From contig CAMMRL010000001.1 in assembly GCA_946499275.1 (NCBI GenBank), positions 16,560 through 80,559 on the forward strand: 64,000 nt of DNA, given 5' to 3'. The DNA comes from an uncultured Clostridia bacterium. Lineage in GTDB: Bacteria > Bacillota > Clostridia > Oscillospirales > Acutalibacteraceae. This document shows, piece after piece, positions 27,908-37,454 of this stretch; the first letter of the stretch is position 1; every line of letters begins with the position of its first letter. The notes under the pieces are model-generated. The model saw only the letters and a list, made by a program, of their open reading frames with translations. It was not told the origin of the DNA and searched no databases. Made by a program: the position numbers and the translations under genes.

Positions 27908-29914
27908 TCAAAGCTGCATGCCGCCGACAGCCTGCGCGACAACAGTAGTCCCCAGATAAACGGAAAAACCGGCAGCCTGCGCTTCGTCGCGTTGCAGTTC
28001 GGACGTTACGGCAATATCGCCTACCGCGCCGCGGCTATAGGCTTCCCCGCGGGCGCCCTCCTCCGCTTCGGCGCGGGCAAAGGCTTCCGCATCCTCCAGC
28101 TCCGCAAAGGTGCGGGGGAGACCGTTCCCGTATACGACATAACCGGTGATTTCTTCCGTACCGGCGCAAGGACGTACCTCCACCTTGTAAGAGACGCAGA
28201 CGTTGCCGACGACGGCTCCCAGCGCGTTGGCCACTTCGTAATGCGGAGGGATCACTGCCTGCGTACCCAGCTTGCGTGCGACTTCCGGTAGAAAAACCTT
28301 TATGGGCGCGCCGACGCCGATGAGGGGATAGCTGGTTTTCAGGGCTATGGACAGCAAGTCTCCCCTTTTCCCGTCTTTCTGTGCTTCGTACTGGTCGAGA
28401 AGGAAACGTTCCAGGTCGGGACCGACGCCTTTTTTCATGGTTTCCGGATACTGGTTTTCCAGTAAGGCTTGCGCCACGTTCCAATAGATTTTACGGCAAA
28501 TTTCATCGTAAACCCGCCCGCACAGCTCCTCAACCGTGACGCCGAGGTTGCGTGCAACGAATTCCGCCCCGAGACGGGACGCTTTCGCGGAATAGCGGGT
28601 GAAATCGCCGCGCAGATGCATGATGTCGGTGGGCGTCAGTCCGCAGAGCTGGACAACCCCCTCTTTCAGCAGGCGGGATACGTCAAGGGTGTACAGATCC
28701 TTGCCCACGCTCTCCGCCGCTTTGGCGCGTGGGAGAGGGCCGTTTTTCAGAGCTTGGCAGAAGGCTTGTTCTTCCGGCGTATAGCGGGTTTCGCCACGGA
28801 TATCCCTTATAAGTAGATATTGCTCATGTAGGTATTGTGTATGGTGCTTTCCGCTATCCACCAGTTCCCGCAAAGCCGCCAGGACCTGTGGGTGGCGGGA
28901 TGCGGCGACGCATAAGGGAATAACCCGGAATTCCTCCAGCAGAAGGCGGGAATCCCGGTAGTGGATGGCGCTGTCACCACCCAGCCCAATGGTTTTGATA
29001 TACAATCCGCTGACAAAGGTTTTCCATTTGCCGATACATACTCCCTGCGTCACTTTGACGGGGGTTCCGCCGCGGACTAGAGCGATATCCGTGGTGGTGC
29101 CGCCCATGTCAACGACAATGCCGTTATCCGCTTTGGTCAGTTCCGCGCTGCCCATGACGCTGGCCGCAGGGCCGCAGAGCAAGGTTTCCACCGGATGCAG
29201 GCGGGCGAACGATTCGGACATTAGGCTGCCGTCGCTGCGTACGATGACCACCGAAGGGTGGAGCCGCCGCTGTTCCATCGCGATTTGGATGGCGTCTAGG
29301 AATTCCTGGATAACCGGGAAGAGCTGGGCGTTGAGCAGGGTGCTGGCCCCGCGCTGCAGGGAATTCCGTTCCGAGTACAGCTCATGCCCGCAGATCACCG
29401 GGATGGGGAAGTGCCGCTGGAACAGTTCTTTGGCCTTTTTTTCTATGGCGCCGCCGTTGTTCGTGGCGTTCATTTCCAAAATACCCGCGCCGTCCAAGCC
29501 TTGAAAGGATTCATCGATGCAACGGCAGAACAACTCCCAGTCCGGTTCCCGCGTACTTTCACCGGATAGGGTAGTATAACCCTCCTGAATGTGGATTTCC
29601 GAGGAAGGGGGCAGGCCGTAACCGGGGCCGAGTTCGTCGATCACCTTCCGGTTGCCGCCGAAAAAAATCAGCTTTGCCCGTCCACCTTTACCTTCCACGC
29701 AGGCGTTGGTGGCGAGAGTGGTGGAAAGGGAAAGCACGCTGGTTTCGGAAAGCCTTTCCGCCGGAAGCCCGTCTAACGCAGAGAGGATCCCTTTGGACAG
29801 GTCGTCCCGTGTAGTGAGCGCTTTGGCGGTACCGAGAATGGCGCCATCCTCAAAATCGTATAAAACCGCGTCGGTATAGGTGCCGCCGGTATCGATGCCA
29901 ATGCCGAGTTTCAT
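27908..29914 (-). CDS. hydantoinase/oxoprolinase family protein
   Basis: ATG 29914 follows GGAGG. ASKHA-type motifs GIDTGGTYTD and DMGGTTTD are present. Confidence 0.88.
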   Translation of the reverse strand: MKLGIGIDTGGTYTDAVLYDFEDGAILGTAKALTTRDDLSKGILSALDGLPAERLSETSVLSLSTTLATNACVEGKGGRAKLIFFGGNRKVIDELGPGYGLPPSSEIHIQEGYTTLSGESTREPDWELFCRCIDESFQGLDGAGILEMNATNNGGAIEKKAKELFQRHFPIPVICGHELYSERNSLQRGASTLLNAQLFPVIQEFLDAIQIAMEQRRLHPSVVIVRSDGSLMSESFARLHPVETLLCGPAASVMGSAELTKADNGIVVDMGGTTTDIALVRGGTPVKVTQGVCIGKWKTFVSGLYIKTIGLGGDSAIHYRDSRLLLEEFRVIPLCVAASRHPQVLAALRELVDSGKHHTQYLHEQYLLIRDIRGETRYTPEEQAFCQALKNGPLPRAKAAESVGKDLYTLDVSRLLKEGVVQLCGLTPTDIMHLRGDFTRYSAKASRLGAEFVARNLGVTVEELCGRVYDEICRKIYWNVAQALLENQYPETMKKGVGPDLERFLLDQYEAQKDGKRGDLLSIALKTSYPLIGVGAPIKVFLPEVARKLGTQAVIPPHYEVANALGAVVGNVCVSYKVEVRPCAGTEEITGYVVYGNGLPRTFAELEDAEAFARAEAEEGARGEAYSRGAVGDIAVTSELQRDEAQAAGFSVYLGTTVVAQAVGGMQL

Positions 29915-30081
29915 ACCGTGACCTCCGCTTTATCCCGCATAGTAGTTACTTATACGGTAATACTTTTTCAGCGGTTCTGTAAGGTATATTCTTTTCCTTT
30001 TTGGTATTTTCCGGCGGAAATTTAACGGAAAACGGTACTTGAAAAAACGGGTAACTTACGCCGTCATGGAAGGCGGGCCAT

Positions 30082-30936
30082 TTAGTACCGCTTTTGCTTT
30101 TTTAAAAGCGTAACCAGGATAAGGGTGGCGGCCGCCATCCCGGCAAAAAGGAACGACAGGAAATACGGAAACACACCCAAACCGATCGATTGGGCGAGAA
30201 GGCCGAATAGCGGGGGCAGCGACATGATGCCGAGATAGGTAGCGGCCATCTGTGTTCCCATAACCGATTGGGCGGTGTCCGTTCCAAAGTTTTTCGGCGT
30301 CCGATGAATCAGATTGGGAAAAATTGGGCCGACACCGAGTCCTATTATAAAAAAGCCTGCGCCCGCGGTAAAAGAGACAAGAGGAAGCATCAGCAGGAGG
30401 ATTGCCGGAAGGATAATCCCTTGTCCAAGGAAGATAAGCTTCCAACTGGATACTTTAAGCGAAAGAATGCCGGAAAGAAACCGCCCTATCGCAATGCCGA
30501 CATAGTATAGCGTGATGACCTGCGCTGCATGGCCGGCGGACAACCCTTTGGCGCTGACTAAAAAAGAGCTTCCCCAAATCCCGGCGATATTTTCTATAGC
30601 GCAGGATGTGAAAAAGATAAACCAAACGGTCCGGATAGATGCGTTTTTTATCATGACGTGAAACGGAAAAAGACGGGATGATTCCTTTTCGGAACAAGAG
30701 GATGGCCCCGCCGCTTTTTTCCAAAGCGGCAAGGAAAGAAAAGCCAGGAGTGCTATGGCGGCTTGGATATAGGAAACGGCCCTGTATCCGCCGCGCCAGT
30801 TATTCTGATTGGAAAGGGCCAGCGACATTAGGTAAGGGCTGAGCGTAACCCCTACCCCATAAAAACAAGAGAAGGGAATTTCGGTATGGGACAGGCATGA
30901 TAAAAAGCTGACGCAGACAAAATACCGGTATGCCAT
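30082..30936 (-). pseudogene. 5'-truncated MFS transporter gene
   Basis: 284-aa ORF with about 8-9 TM helices and a central loop but no TM1-3. Its ATG lies inside the U-tract of the tRNA terminator, with no SD or promoter. Confidence 0.6.
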
Positions 30937-30937
30937 A

Positions 30938-30979
30938 TATAAAGAAAACCTACGGTGTACATTTTCTCACCGTAGGTTT
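30938..30979 (-). terminator. rho-independent terminator of tRNA-Leu
   Basis: 13-bp stem aaaacctacggtg / caccgtaggtttt, followed on the minus strand by TTTTCTTTAT. Confidence 0.8.
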
Positions 30980-31064
30980 TGGTGCGAGCAATGGGACTTG
31001 AACCCATACGTCGTGAAACACACGCCCCTCAAACGTGCCTGTCTGCCAGTTCCAGCATGCTCGC
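30980..31064 (-). tRNA. tRNA-Leu (anticodon GAG), type II with long variable arm, CCA encoded
   Basis: Hand-folded. Acceptor GCGAGCA/TGCTCGC, T-arm ATGGG-TTCAAGT-CCCAT, anticodon arm CACGT-TTGAGGG-GCGTG, 13-nt variable region. Total 85 nt. Confidence 0.9.
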
Positions 31065-31107
31065 CTATTGGATTGTAATTCCGCAAACTCTACGGAACGC
31101 ATATGCT

Positions 31108-31136
31108 ATTATAGCACCGGATGTCCCTCCTGTCAA
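31108..31136 (-). promoter_or_regulatory. consensus SigA promoter of tRNA-Leu
   Basis: On the minus strand: TTGACA, 17-nt spacer, TATAAT, about 40 nt upstream of the tRNA 5' end. Confidence 0.7.
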
Positions 31137-31222
31137 CTGAAAAATCGCGGCGAAGCAGATTTTCCTTGCCCAAAAGAAAATATAGGGCAGCCTTTGTGCT
31201 GTGGATATCCAAGCGGATTTCC

Positions 31223-31251
31223 TTGACTCAATCACGACGTAAGAGTATTAT
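31223..31251 (+). promoter_or_regulatory. putative SigA-type promoter of hydrolase gene
   Basis: TTGACT, 17-nt spacer, TATTAT. Confidence 0.55.
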
Positions 31252-31289
31252 GGAACCATAGATTCCTATATGGAAAGGAGGTCTCAGGA

Positions 31290-32345
31290 GTGGGACGTCC
31301 CAGAAGTGGCAATAGCGTTTTTCTGTTCGTTTTGTTTTCAGCTCTGCTGTTGGGGCTTACCGGGTGCAGGACGAAGCAACTGCCAGAGAGAGCTGACGGT
31401 TCCTCGAACGGGTTGTCCCCCACTTTATCCAGTGCTCCTGCACAGAACAAGGGGGTGCAGGAGGTATCTCTGGAGGTTTCGGCGGGGGAATACCCCCTTT
31501 CTGCCCGGTTGACCTTGCCGGACAGCATGGAAAAGGTACCGGCAGTTATCCTTCTTCATGGTAGCGGTGTGAACGATATGGATGAAACCGTGCATTCCAA
31601 TAAGCTGTTCCGTGATTTGGCGCAGGGCTTGGCCCAGAGGGGGATCGCTGTTCTTCGCTACAATAAGCGTTCCTACCAGTACCATGATGAACTCCTGGAA
31701 ATTCCCGCCGGAGTAGAGGAAGACGCGCTGGAAGATGCCCTGGCGGCGTATCGACTTTTAAGGGAACGGCCGGAGGTGGATATGTCACGTATTTATTATG
31801 CTGGCCACAGCCAAGGCGGGGGATTTACTGGGGTGCTCGCTCAGCGGGAGCCGGATGTACGGGGCGTGATCTCCTTGGCAGGAACCCCTCGCCGTTTGGA
31901 AGATATTACTTATGAACAATATAAGCGAATGAACCTGACAGAAGATCAGTTGGCACAAGTCAGGGCGATTGTGCAGGCGATTAAAGCGCTGGACAGCAAG
32001 GAGGAACCGGACCCTTTCTTTTACTATTGGGGAGCGAGTGAGCTCTATTGGAAGACCCTTAACAGTCTGGACATTTCTGGCGATATGAAAAAGACGGCGG
32101 AGTCCCGCCCGGTTCTTATCCTGCAGGGGGAGAGGGATTGCCAGGTGTTTATGGAGGATTTTGCCCTGTGGAAGGAACTATTGGGGGAGGATAACCCACA
32201 GGTTACATACCGTTCCTATCCCAAGCTCAATCATCTTTTCCTGGAAGGGGAGGGAGAACCAAACGCGGAGGAGTATGAAATTCCCGGACAGGTTCCCGGC
32301 TATGTGATGGACGATATCGCGGATTGGATCTTTTGCGATAGATAG
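31290..32345 (+). CDS. alpha/beta hydrolase lipoprotein
   Basis: GTG 31290 lies 8 nt after AAGGAGG. Lipobox LLLGLTGC, oxyanion HGSG, and nucleophile elbow GHSQGG. Confidence 0.85.
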   Translation: MGRPRSGNSVFLFVLFSALLLGLTGCRTKQLPERADGSSNGLSPTLSSAPAQNKGVQEVSLEVSAGEYPLSARLTLPDSMEKVPAVILLHGSGVNDMDETVHSNKLFRDLAQGLAQRGIAVLRYNKRSYQYHDELLEIPAGVEEDALEDALAAYRLLRERPEVDMSRIYYAGHSQGGGFTGVLAQREPDVRGVISLAGTPRRLEDITYEQYKRMNLTEDQLAQVRAIVQAIKALDSKEEPDPFFYYWGASELYWKTLNSLDISGDMKKTAESRPVLILQGERDCQVFMEDFALWKELLGEDNPQVTYRSYPKLNHLFLEGEGEPNAEEYEIPGQVPGYVMDDIADWIFCDR

Positions 32346-32389
32346 AAGCAAATAAAAGGATACCGAACATAACGATGTTCAGCGTCCTT

Positions 32390-32605
32390 TTATTTTTTTC
32401 GCAATTTTTCCTGCAGGCGAAGGATTTCCGCCCGGCGGCGGGCGGTTTCTTCCGGAGCGGGAATATAGGCGTCCCCCTCCCGGCGGAATACGTCGCCGGT
32501 TTTGGCGTCGGCGGGGAGGAGGGAACGGGGGACATTCCAGCGGTTTTCGTCGTCATCCTCCAGTACGGCAAGCTCTTGTTCAAAGTGTTCAAGGGAATAA
32601 AACAT
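32390..32605 (-). CDS. DUF3006 domain protein
   Basis: 71-aa ORF with the pattern AVLEDDDENRWNVPRSLLP...GDV typical of DUF3006. Sits downstream of an MBL-fold gene, as is usual. Confidence 0.75.
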   Translation of the reverse strand: MFYSLEHFEQELAVLEDDDENRWNVPRSLLPADAKTGDVFRREGDAYIPAPEETARRRAEILRLQEKLRKK

Positions 32606-32647
32606 GGACCTTCTCCTTTTCCGGTATTTTTGCGGGAATGTTGGCGC

Positions 32648-33586
32648 CTATTTTTCGGTGGTAACCGCGATGATTTCCCCGTCGCAGCTCAGGTCAATCG
32701 TGCCGTTCAGATCGCAGCGGTAGGCCTGCACGTTATATTTTTCCAGGGTATTCAGCGTCTCGGAAGCCGGATGCCCATAGGGATTATCTACCCCGCAGGA
32801 AATGGCGGCGTATTGAGGGCGGACAGCGGCGATGAATTCCTCCTGGGTGGAGGAATTACTGCCATGGTGCCCCACTTTTAAAAAATCCGCCCGCAGGTTG
32901 GCGCCGGACGACAGCAGCGCGTCTTCCGCCTCCTTTTCTGCATCCCCCATGAACAGAAACCCGCGGGAGCCGAAATCGACACGGCAGACCACCGACATCT
33001 CGTTGGTATCCTCGAATTCACCGGCCGGGCCGAGAATGGATAATGTGGCCCCGCCGAGCGGATAGCTTTGCCCCGGCTTCGCTTCGGTGACCCTGAGCCC
33101 CTGCGCATCCAGAGCATTCAGCAGCTTTAAATAGGTTTTGGTGGTGGGCGTCGCGTCCTCCGGCATAGCGGCCATGAGGAATGTGTCGATAGGGAAGGTG
33201 TTCACCACTTCGTCCATCCCGCCGATGTGGTCCGCGTCGGCGTGGGTGGCGATGACATAATTCAGCCGGGATATGCCCTTGGACTGAAGGTAAGCGATTA
33301 CAGTGTCAGCGCTTTTGTTTTCCGCCGCGTCGATCAGCAGGGACTGCCCATCTTTGGTGACCAGGATGGAATCGGCGTTTCCCACGTCGAGAATATGAAC
33401 CTGCAGCGCGCCGCCGGTCGCCTGGGCGGAGCCGGGGAGGTCGAGCGTCTCGATGATTTGATCGCCATAGCGGGCGATAACCGCCGCTGCCGAGGCAATG
33501 ACCAGAATGGCGGCACAGAGGAGGGAGACCACCTTCTGTGCGCGGGTGAGAGTGAGCTTTTTCCGGGAGCGCCGGCGTTTGGCCAT
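32648..33586 (-). CDS. membrane-anchored MBL-fold metallo-hydrolase (ComEC C-terminal-domain-like)
   Basis: N-terminal TM and metal motif THADADHIGG...GHHGS. Confidence 0.88.
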   Translation of the reverse strand: MAKRRRSRKKLTLTRAQKVVSLLCAAILVIASAAAVIARYGDQIIETLDLPGSAQATGGALQVHILDVGNADSILVTKDGQSLLIDAAENKSADTVIAYLQSKGISRLNYVIATHADADHIGGMDEVVNTFPIDTFLMAAMPEDATPTTKTYLKLLNALDAQGLRVTEAKPGQSYPLGGATLSILGPAGEFEDTNEMSVVCRVDFGSRGFLFMGDAEKEAEDALLSSGANLRADFLKVGHHGSNSSTQEEFIAAVRPQYAAISCGVDNPYGHPASETLNTLEKYNVQAYRCDLNGTIDLSCDGEIIAVTTEK

Positions 33587-33610
33587 AAGCGAACTATCCT
33601 TTCTGCGGGA

Positions 33611-35653
33611 TCAGCGACGCTTTCTGGAAGATGGACCGGCTTTCCCCGGCTTTTTCCGGCCGTTGTTCCCGCCGCTTTTTGAGTTAGAATAGAGGCCGCC
33701 TTTTTTATCGTTTCCACGCCCTTTGGCGGCTGAAGCGGCATGGCCGTTGTCCTCAAGGAGGTCCCGTTCATCCCTGTGATAGCCGCGGTTCCCCTTTCGG
33801 TTCGTGGAATTTCTCGAAACCGGCGGCTTGCTTTTTCTGCCGAAGGCTTGTCCTTTGCGGCTGCCGGGTGCGGTGCCGCGGATCAGACAGTTCGGGCCGT
33901 CCCCGATTAGGTCGGTACGGCCGGCGGCTTTCAGGGCGGCAAGCACGGTTTCCCGGTTCTCCGGCCGGAAATACTGCAAAAGCGCTCGCTGCTGGGCTTT
34001 TTCTTTCGGCGTACGGGGGACGTATACCGGTTCCAGCGTATAAGGATCCAGCCCGGTGTAAAACATGCAGGTGGAGATGGTGCCGGGAGTGGGATAGAAA
34101 TCCTGCACCTGTTCGGGATGCAGGCCCTCTTTTTTCAGGAAAACCGCCAGTTCAATCGCGTCGCGGATGGTGCTGCCGGGATGGGAAGACATCAGGTAGG
34201 GGACGAGGTACTGCTTCTTCCCGACGCTTTTGGTCAGCTCATAGAACCGCTTCTGGAACCGCTTATAGGTATCAATCGGCGGCTTCCCCATGCAGCGCAG
34301 CACCGGCGCGGAGCAATGTTCCGGCGCTACCTTGAGTTGTCCGCTGACATGATGCTCCACCAATTCCTTGAAGAAGGTGTCGTCCTTATCCTCCATTAAG
34401 TAATCAAAGCGGATGCCCGAACGGATGAACACCTTTTTAATCCCCGGTAGCTTCCGCAGCCGGCGGAGGATATGGAGGTATTCGCTGTGGTCGACCTGTA
34501 AAGCCGGGCAGGGCTTGGGGGCCAGGCACTTCTTCCCCTTGCACAGCCCTTTGGTGAGCTGTCCTTTACAGGAGGGGGCACGGAAATTGGCGGTCGGCCC
34601 GCCCACGTCGTGGATATAGCCTTTGAAGCCGGGCATGTTGGCGATGGTTTTCGCTTCCCTCACCACCGATTCTTCACTGCGGCAGGCAATTTGGCGTCCC
34701 TGATGATACGCGAGGGAGCAGAAATTGCAGGCGCCGAAGCAGCCGCGGTTGTGGGTGATGGAGAACTGCACCTCCTCAATCCCCGGCACGCCGCCGAGCG
34801 CTTCGTACGAAGGATGGTAAGCCCGCATATACGGTAGTTCGTACACCCTGTCGAATTCGGGGGTAGAGAGGGGCAGCATCGGCGGGTTCTGCACCACGAT
34901 CACATCCCCGTGCCGCTGGATGACGGTTTTCCCCCGCACCGCGTCCTGTTCGTCCTGCTGGATGCGGCAGGAGACGGCGTATTGCTTTTTATCGGCGGCA
35001 ACCAGCTCGTACCGGGGGCATTCCGCACAAGGGCGGGGTATGTATTCCCGCACGGGGACGGAAAAGCAGGTGCCACGGATGTCGGTGAGAGAGGAAACCG
35101 GTTCGCCCTGCGCAAGCCGCTGGGCGATTTCCACATTCTGCTTTTCCCCCATGCCGAACACCAGCAGGTCGGCCCCGGCGTCCAGTAGGATGGAGGGGCG
35201 CACCCGGTCGTCCCAGTAATCGTAATGGGCGAAGCGGCGCAGGGACGCTTCCAGCCCGCCGATGACGATCGGCACGTCGGGATATGATTGCCGGATCTGC
35301 CGGCAATACACGATGGTGGCGCGGTCGGGGCGCTTTCCCGCCTTTCCGCCAGCGGTATATGCGTCGTCGCTGCGTTTGCGTTTGGCGGCGGTATAATGGG
35401 CGACCATCGAATCGATGTTCCCCCCGGTGACAAAAAAGCCAAGCCGGGGGCGTCCGAAACGGGTGAAATCCGCCGTATCCTGCGGCTGGGAGAGTACACA
35501 GACCGAAAAACCGGCGGCCTCCAGCACACGGGAGATGATGGCGATGCCGAAACTTGGATGGTCCACATAAGCGTCCCCGGTTACGGCGACGATATCGGGC
35601 GCATCCCAGCTGCGTTCCCGCATTTCTTCGTAGGTGATAGGCAGAAAAGGCAT
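33611..35653 (-). CDS. ygiQ: YgiQ family radical SAM protein
   Basis: UPF0313 N-terminus MPFLPITYEEM...GDAYVDHPSFG, CxxxCxxC as CFGACNFC, and a basic C-terminal tail. Confidence 0.9.
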   Translation of the reverse strand: MPFLPITYEEMRERSWDAPDIVAVTGDAYVDHPSFGIAIISRVLEAAGFSVCVLSQPQDTADFTRFGRPRLGFFVTGGNIDSMVAHYTAAKRKRSDDAYTAGGKAGKRPDRATIVYCRQIRQSYPDVPIVIGGLEASLRRFAHYDYWDDRVRPSILLDAGADLLVFGMGEKQNVEIAQRLAQGEPVSSLTDIRGTCFSVPVREYIPRPCAECPRYELVAADKKQYAVSCRIQQDEQDAVRGKTVIQRHGDVIVVQNPPMLPLSTPEFDRVYELPYMRAYHPSYEALGGVPGIEEVQFSITHNRGCFGACNFCSLAYHQGRQIACRSEESVVREAKTIANMPGFKGYIHDVGGPTANFRAPSCKGQLTKGLCKGKKCLAPKPCPALQVDHSEYLHILRRLRKLPGIKKVFIRSGIRFDYLMEDKDDTFFKELVEHHVSGQLKVAPEHCSAPVLRCMGKPPIDTYKRFQKRFYELTKSVGKKQYLVPYLMSSHPGSTIRDAIELAVFLKKEGLHPEQVQDFYPTPGTISTCMFYTGLDPYTLEPVYVPRTPKEKAQQRALLQYFRPENRETVLAALKAAGRTDLIGDGPNCLIRGTAPGSRKGQAFGRKSKPPVSRNSTNRKGNRGYHRDERDLLEDNGHAASAAKGRGNDKKGGLYSNSKSGGNNGRKKPGKAGPSSRKRR

Positions 35654-35733
35654 AGGAATCTTCCTTTTGTCAAAGAGTGGGCGCGGCCGGAGGGAACGAG
35701 TTCCGTTCGGCCGCGCCGTTTGTCCGCAGCCGT

Positions 35734-37272
35734 CTATTGGCCCGTGGGAAGGAAGACATTGGCCCCGTCCCGCCGGTACAGGCGGTTGATCGTGCGGTAG
35801 TAGTCTTTATCGATACCGTCCAGCGTTTCCTTGGTAGTACGTACCCGCCAGTTGCTTTCCGGCACGCCGGGGATATTCATCCGTGCGTCGCTGCCGAAGC
35901 CGCACAGGTCTTGAAAGGCGATGATCGCCGTCCGGGCAGCGGAACGCCAGACCGTTTCGATAATTTTTCGGCAAGAAGGGCTGTGGTAACCCCCTTCTCC
36001 CCAATGCTCCCCTTCGAACCCGCAATACTGCAGGGCGAAGGCCCGCTCCTCCGGCGAGGCTTCCCACAGCCAGCCGAGCAAGGTATTGTTGTCGTGCGTC
36101 CCGATATAGGCCAGGCAGTTGAAGGGATAATTGTGGGGTAGGTGAGTGCTGTCCCCGTTCGGGTCGAAGCCGAACTGTACCACCCGCATCCCTGGGAAGC
36201 CGGTGGATTCCAGCAGGGCGGCCACATCCTCTCCGAATACGCCGAGATCCTCGGCGATGATCGCCGGGTCGGGGTAGGCGGTTTCCACCGCGTCGAACAG
36301 CGCCTGGCCGGGACCGGGTTCCCACGCCCCTTCTTTGGCGGTCTCCGCCTCGGCCGGCACCGCCCAGTAAGAGGCCAACCCGCGGAAATGGTCAATCCGC
36401 ACCCGGTCGTAAATCCGTAGGGCGGCGCCGATGCGGTTTACCCACCAGCGGTAGCCGTCCCGTTTCATCGCATCCCAATCGTACAGCGGATTGCCCCAGA
36501 GCTGGCCGTCTTTGGAAAAATAGTCCGGCGGCACGCCCGCCACTTTAGTGGGGCGGCGGGTGGTGGGATCGAGCTGGAAGAGGGCGGCGTTGGCCCATAC
36601 GTCGGCGCTGTCCAGCGCGACGTAAACCGGCATATCCCCCAGCACGCCGATTCCCAGTTTCCGGGCGTATTCATGCAGTTCTTCCCATTCGGTAAAGAAA
36701 AGATACTGGGTGAAATCCCAAAACGCCGTCTGTTCCCGGTAGTCATCGCGCCGCGCGCGGCAGCGGGCGCAATCCGCGCAGTCATCCGGCCATTCCCACC
36801 AGGGTTTTTGGCCGTTTACCTCCTTCACCGCCATATACAGGGAAAAGTCGGCCAGCCATTCCCGCTTTTCGGCAAAGGCGGCGATTTCGGCCCGCAGCGT
36901 ATCGTCCAGGCGGGTAAAGGCGGTTTTCAGCAGCGCGAGCCGGCGTTCCCGTGCAAAATCATACGCGGCGGTATAGGGGGTGCCGTCCCAGCGGCCGGCG
37001 GTTTCTTCCTCTTGCGTGATCAGGCCGCGGCGAAGCAGGTCGCGCGGGTCGATATACAGGATGTTCCCGGCGAAAGCGCTCGGGCTGGTGTAAGGGGAAT
37101 TCATGCTATCCAGCGGATTGAAAGGTAAGACCTGCCACCACCGAAAGTTCATGGCATGCAGCGTATCGAGAAAATACCGGGCTTCCTCCCCGAACACTCC
37201 TACGCCATAGGGACCGGGTAAGGAAGATACGTTGCAGAGTACGCCCGCGGTGCGGTTTTCCGTTCGTTTCAT
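35734..37272 (-). CDS. malQ: 4-alpha-glucanotransferase (GH77 amylomaltase)
   Basis: ATG 37272 gives MKRTENRTAGVL..SSLPGPYGVG. GH77-type segments WWQVLPFNP and GDMPVYVA are present. Confidence 0.9.
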   Translation of the reverse strand: MKRTENRTAGVLCNVSSLPGPYGVGVFGEEARYFLDTLHAMNFRWWQVLPFNPLDSMNSPYTSPSAFAGNILYIDPRDLLRRGLITQEEETAGRWDGTPYTAAYDFARERRLALLKTAFTRLDDTLRAEIAAFAEKREWLADFSLYMAVKEVNGQKPWWEWPDDCADCARCRARRDDYREQTAFWDFTQYLFFTEWEELHEYARKLGIGVLGDMPVYVALDSADVWANAALFQLDPTTRRPTKVAGVPPDYFSKDGQLWGNPLYDWDAMKRDGYRWWVNRIGAALRIYDRVRIDHFRGLASYWAVPAEAETAKEGAWEPGPGQALFDAVETAYPDPAIIAEDLGVFGEDVAALLESTGFPGMRVVQFGFDPNGDSTHLPHNYPFNCLAYIGTHDNNTLLGWLWEASPEERAFALQYCGFEGEHWGEGGYHSPSCRKIIETVWRSAARTAIIAFQDLCGFGSDARMNIPGVPESNWRVRTTKETLDGIDKDYYRTINRLYRRDGANVFLPTGQ

Positions 37273-37454
37273 CAAGGCGGCGCTCCTTTCGGATTCCATT
37301 ATATAGGGATAGAAAGGGATCCCCATGCTACGGTAGTATGGGTACAGAGTATATTGTATGCAGGGTTCCGGCTGATCCATACATCCAGAGTACAGATTTC
37401 CTGCGGACGGGTGGGCGTATGCAAGCAGCTACCTATGCCGGTGTTTTCGCCGCT

